A DNA stretch of 64,000 nt, taken from the NCBI GenBank assembly GCA_030770535.1, contig JASVEC010000020.1, positions 310,001 through 374,000 of the forward strand. The letters are read 5' to 3'. Positions within the stretch are counted from its first letter, which is position 1. Every line of letters starts with the position of its first letter. The translations under genes and the position numbers were made by a program. The notes below the pieces were generated by a model. That model did no database searches and was not told where the DNA came from. It worked only from the letters and a program-made list of their open reading frames with translations. Below, piece after piece: positions 63,860 through 64,000 of this stretch. The stretch comes from Batkoa obscura (taxonomy: Eukaryota).

Positions 63860-63949
63860 ATGTGGATGTGTTGTTGTGTTTAACAATTTTTCCACTCAAA
63901 TAATGCCTGGAAAATGGAAAAAGTAATGAAGCCAGAAACATCCACATAC
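63860..63949 (-). mobile_element. Degenerate MITE A copy
   Basis: TTTTCCACTCAAATAATGCCTGGAAAATGGAAAAAGTAATGAAGCC. Confidence 0.65.
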
Positions 63950-64000
63950 ATTATAGATTTTATAAGATTAAAATTAAGACAGTTGTTTAAATAATATTCC

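Overview
Very AT-rich, gene-dense eukaryotic DNA with many short (~45-60 nt) GT-AG introns. It is consistent with an early-diverging fungus; an Entomophthoromycotina/Conidiobolus-like source is my inference. About 25 protein-coding genes can be supported, several missing from the ORF track because of introns or small size. They include three paralogous signal-peptide kelch proteins, a CHY zinc finger, a bacterial-PH-like small protein, two divergently transcribed secreted Thr-rich proteins ending in TYY, and two near-identical inverted MFS transporters. Also present are an AKTIP/FTS-like UBC variant, a divergent Not4, syntaxin, a kinesin, a short phytochelatin synthase, a class-3 lipase, a GPI-type wall protein, ATG101, SSADH, aminopeptidase P, VPS25, ALG6, and an F-box/LRR gene with a decayed paralog. 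RNA genes are tRNA-Thr(AGT), tRNA-Met(CAT), tRNA-Asn(GTT) and one broken tRNA-Glu-like relic. About 24 copies of a ~103-bp TA-flanked MITE lie in intergenic DNA, two of them apparently identical, plus two other fold-back elements. The most interesting unexplained signal is a dense cluster of ATCWGATAW (SreA/Fep1-type iron GATA) sites upstream of the catalytic-domain-only phytochelatin synthase. Exon boundaries were read by eye and no searches were run.
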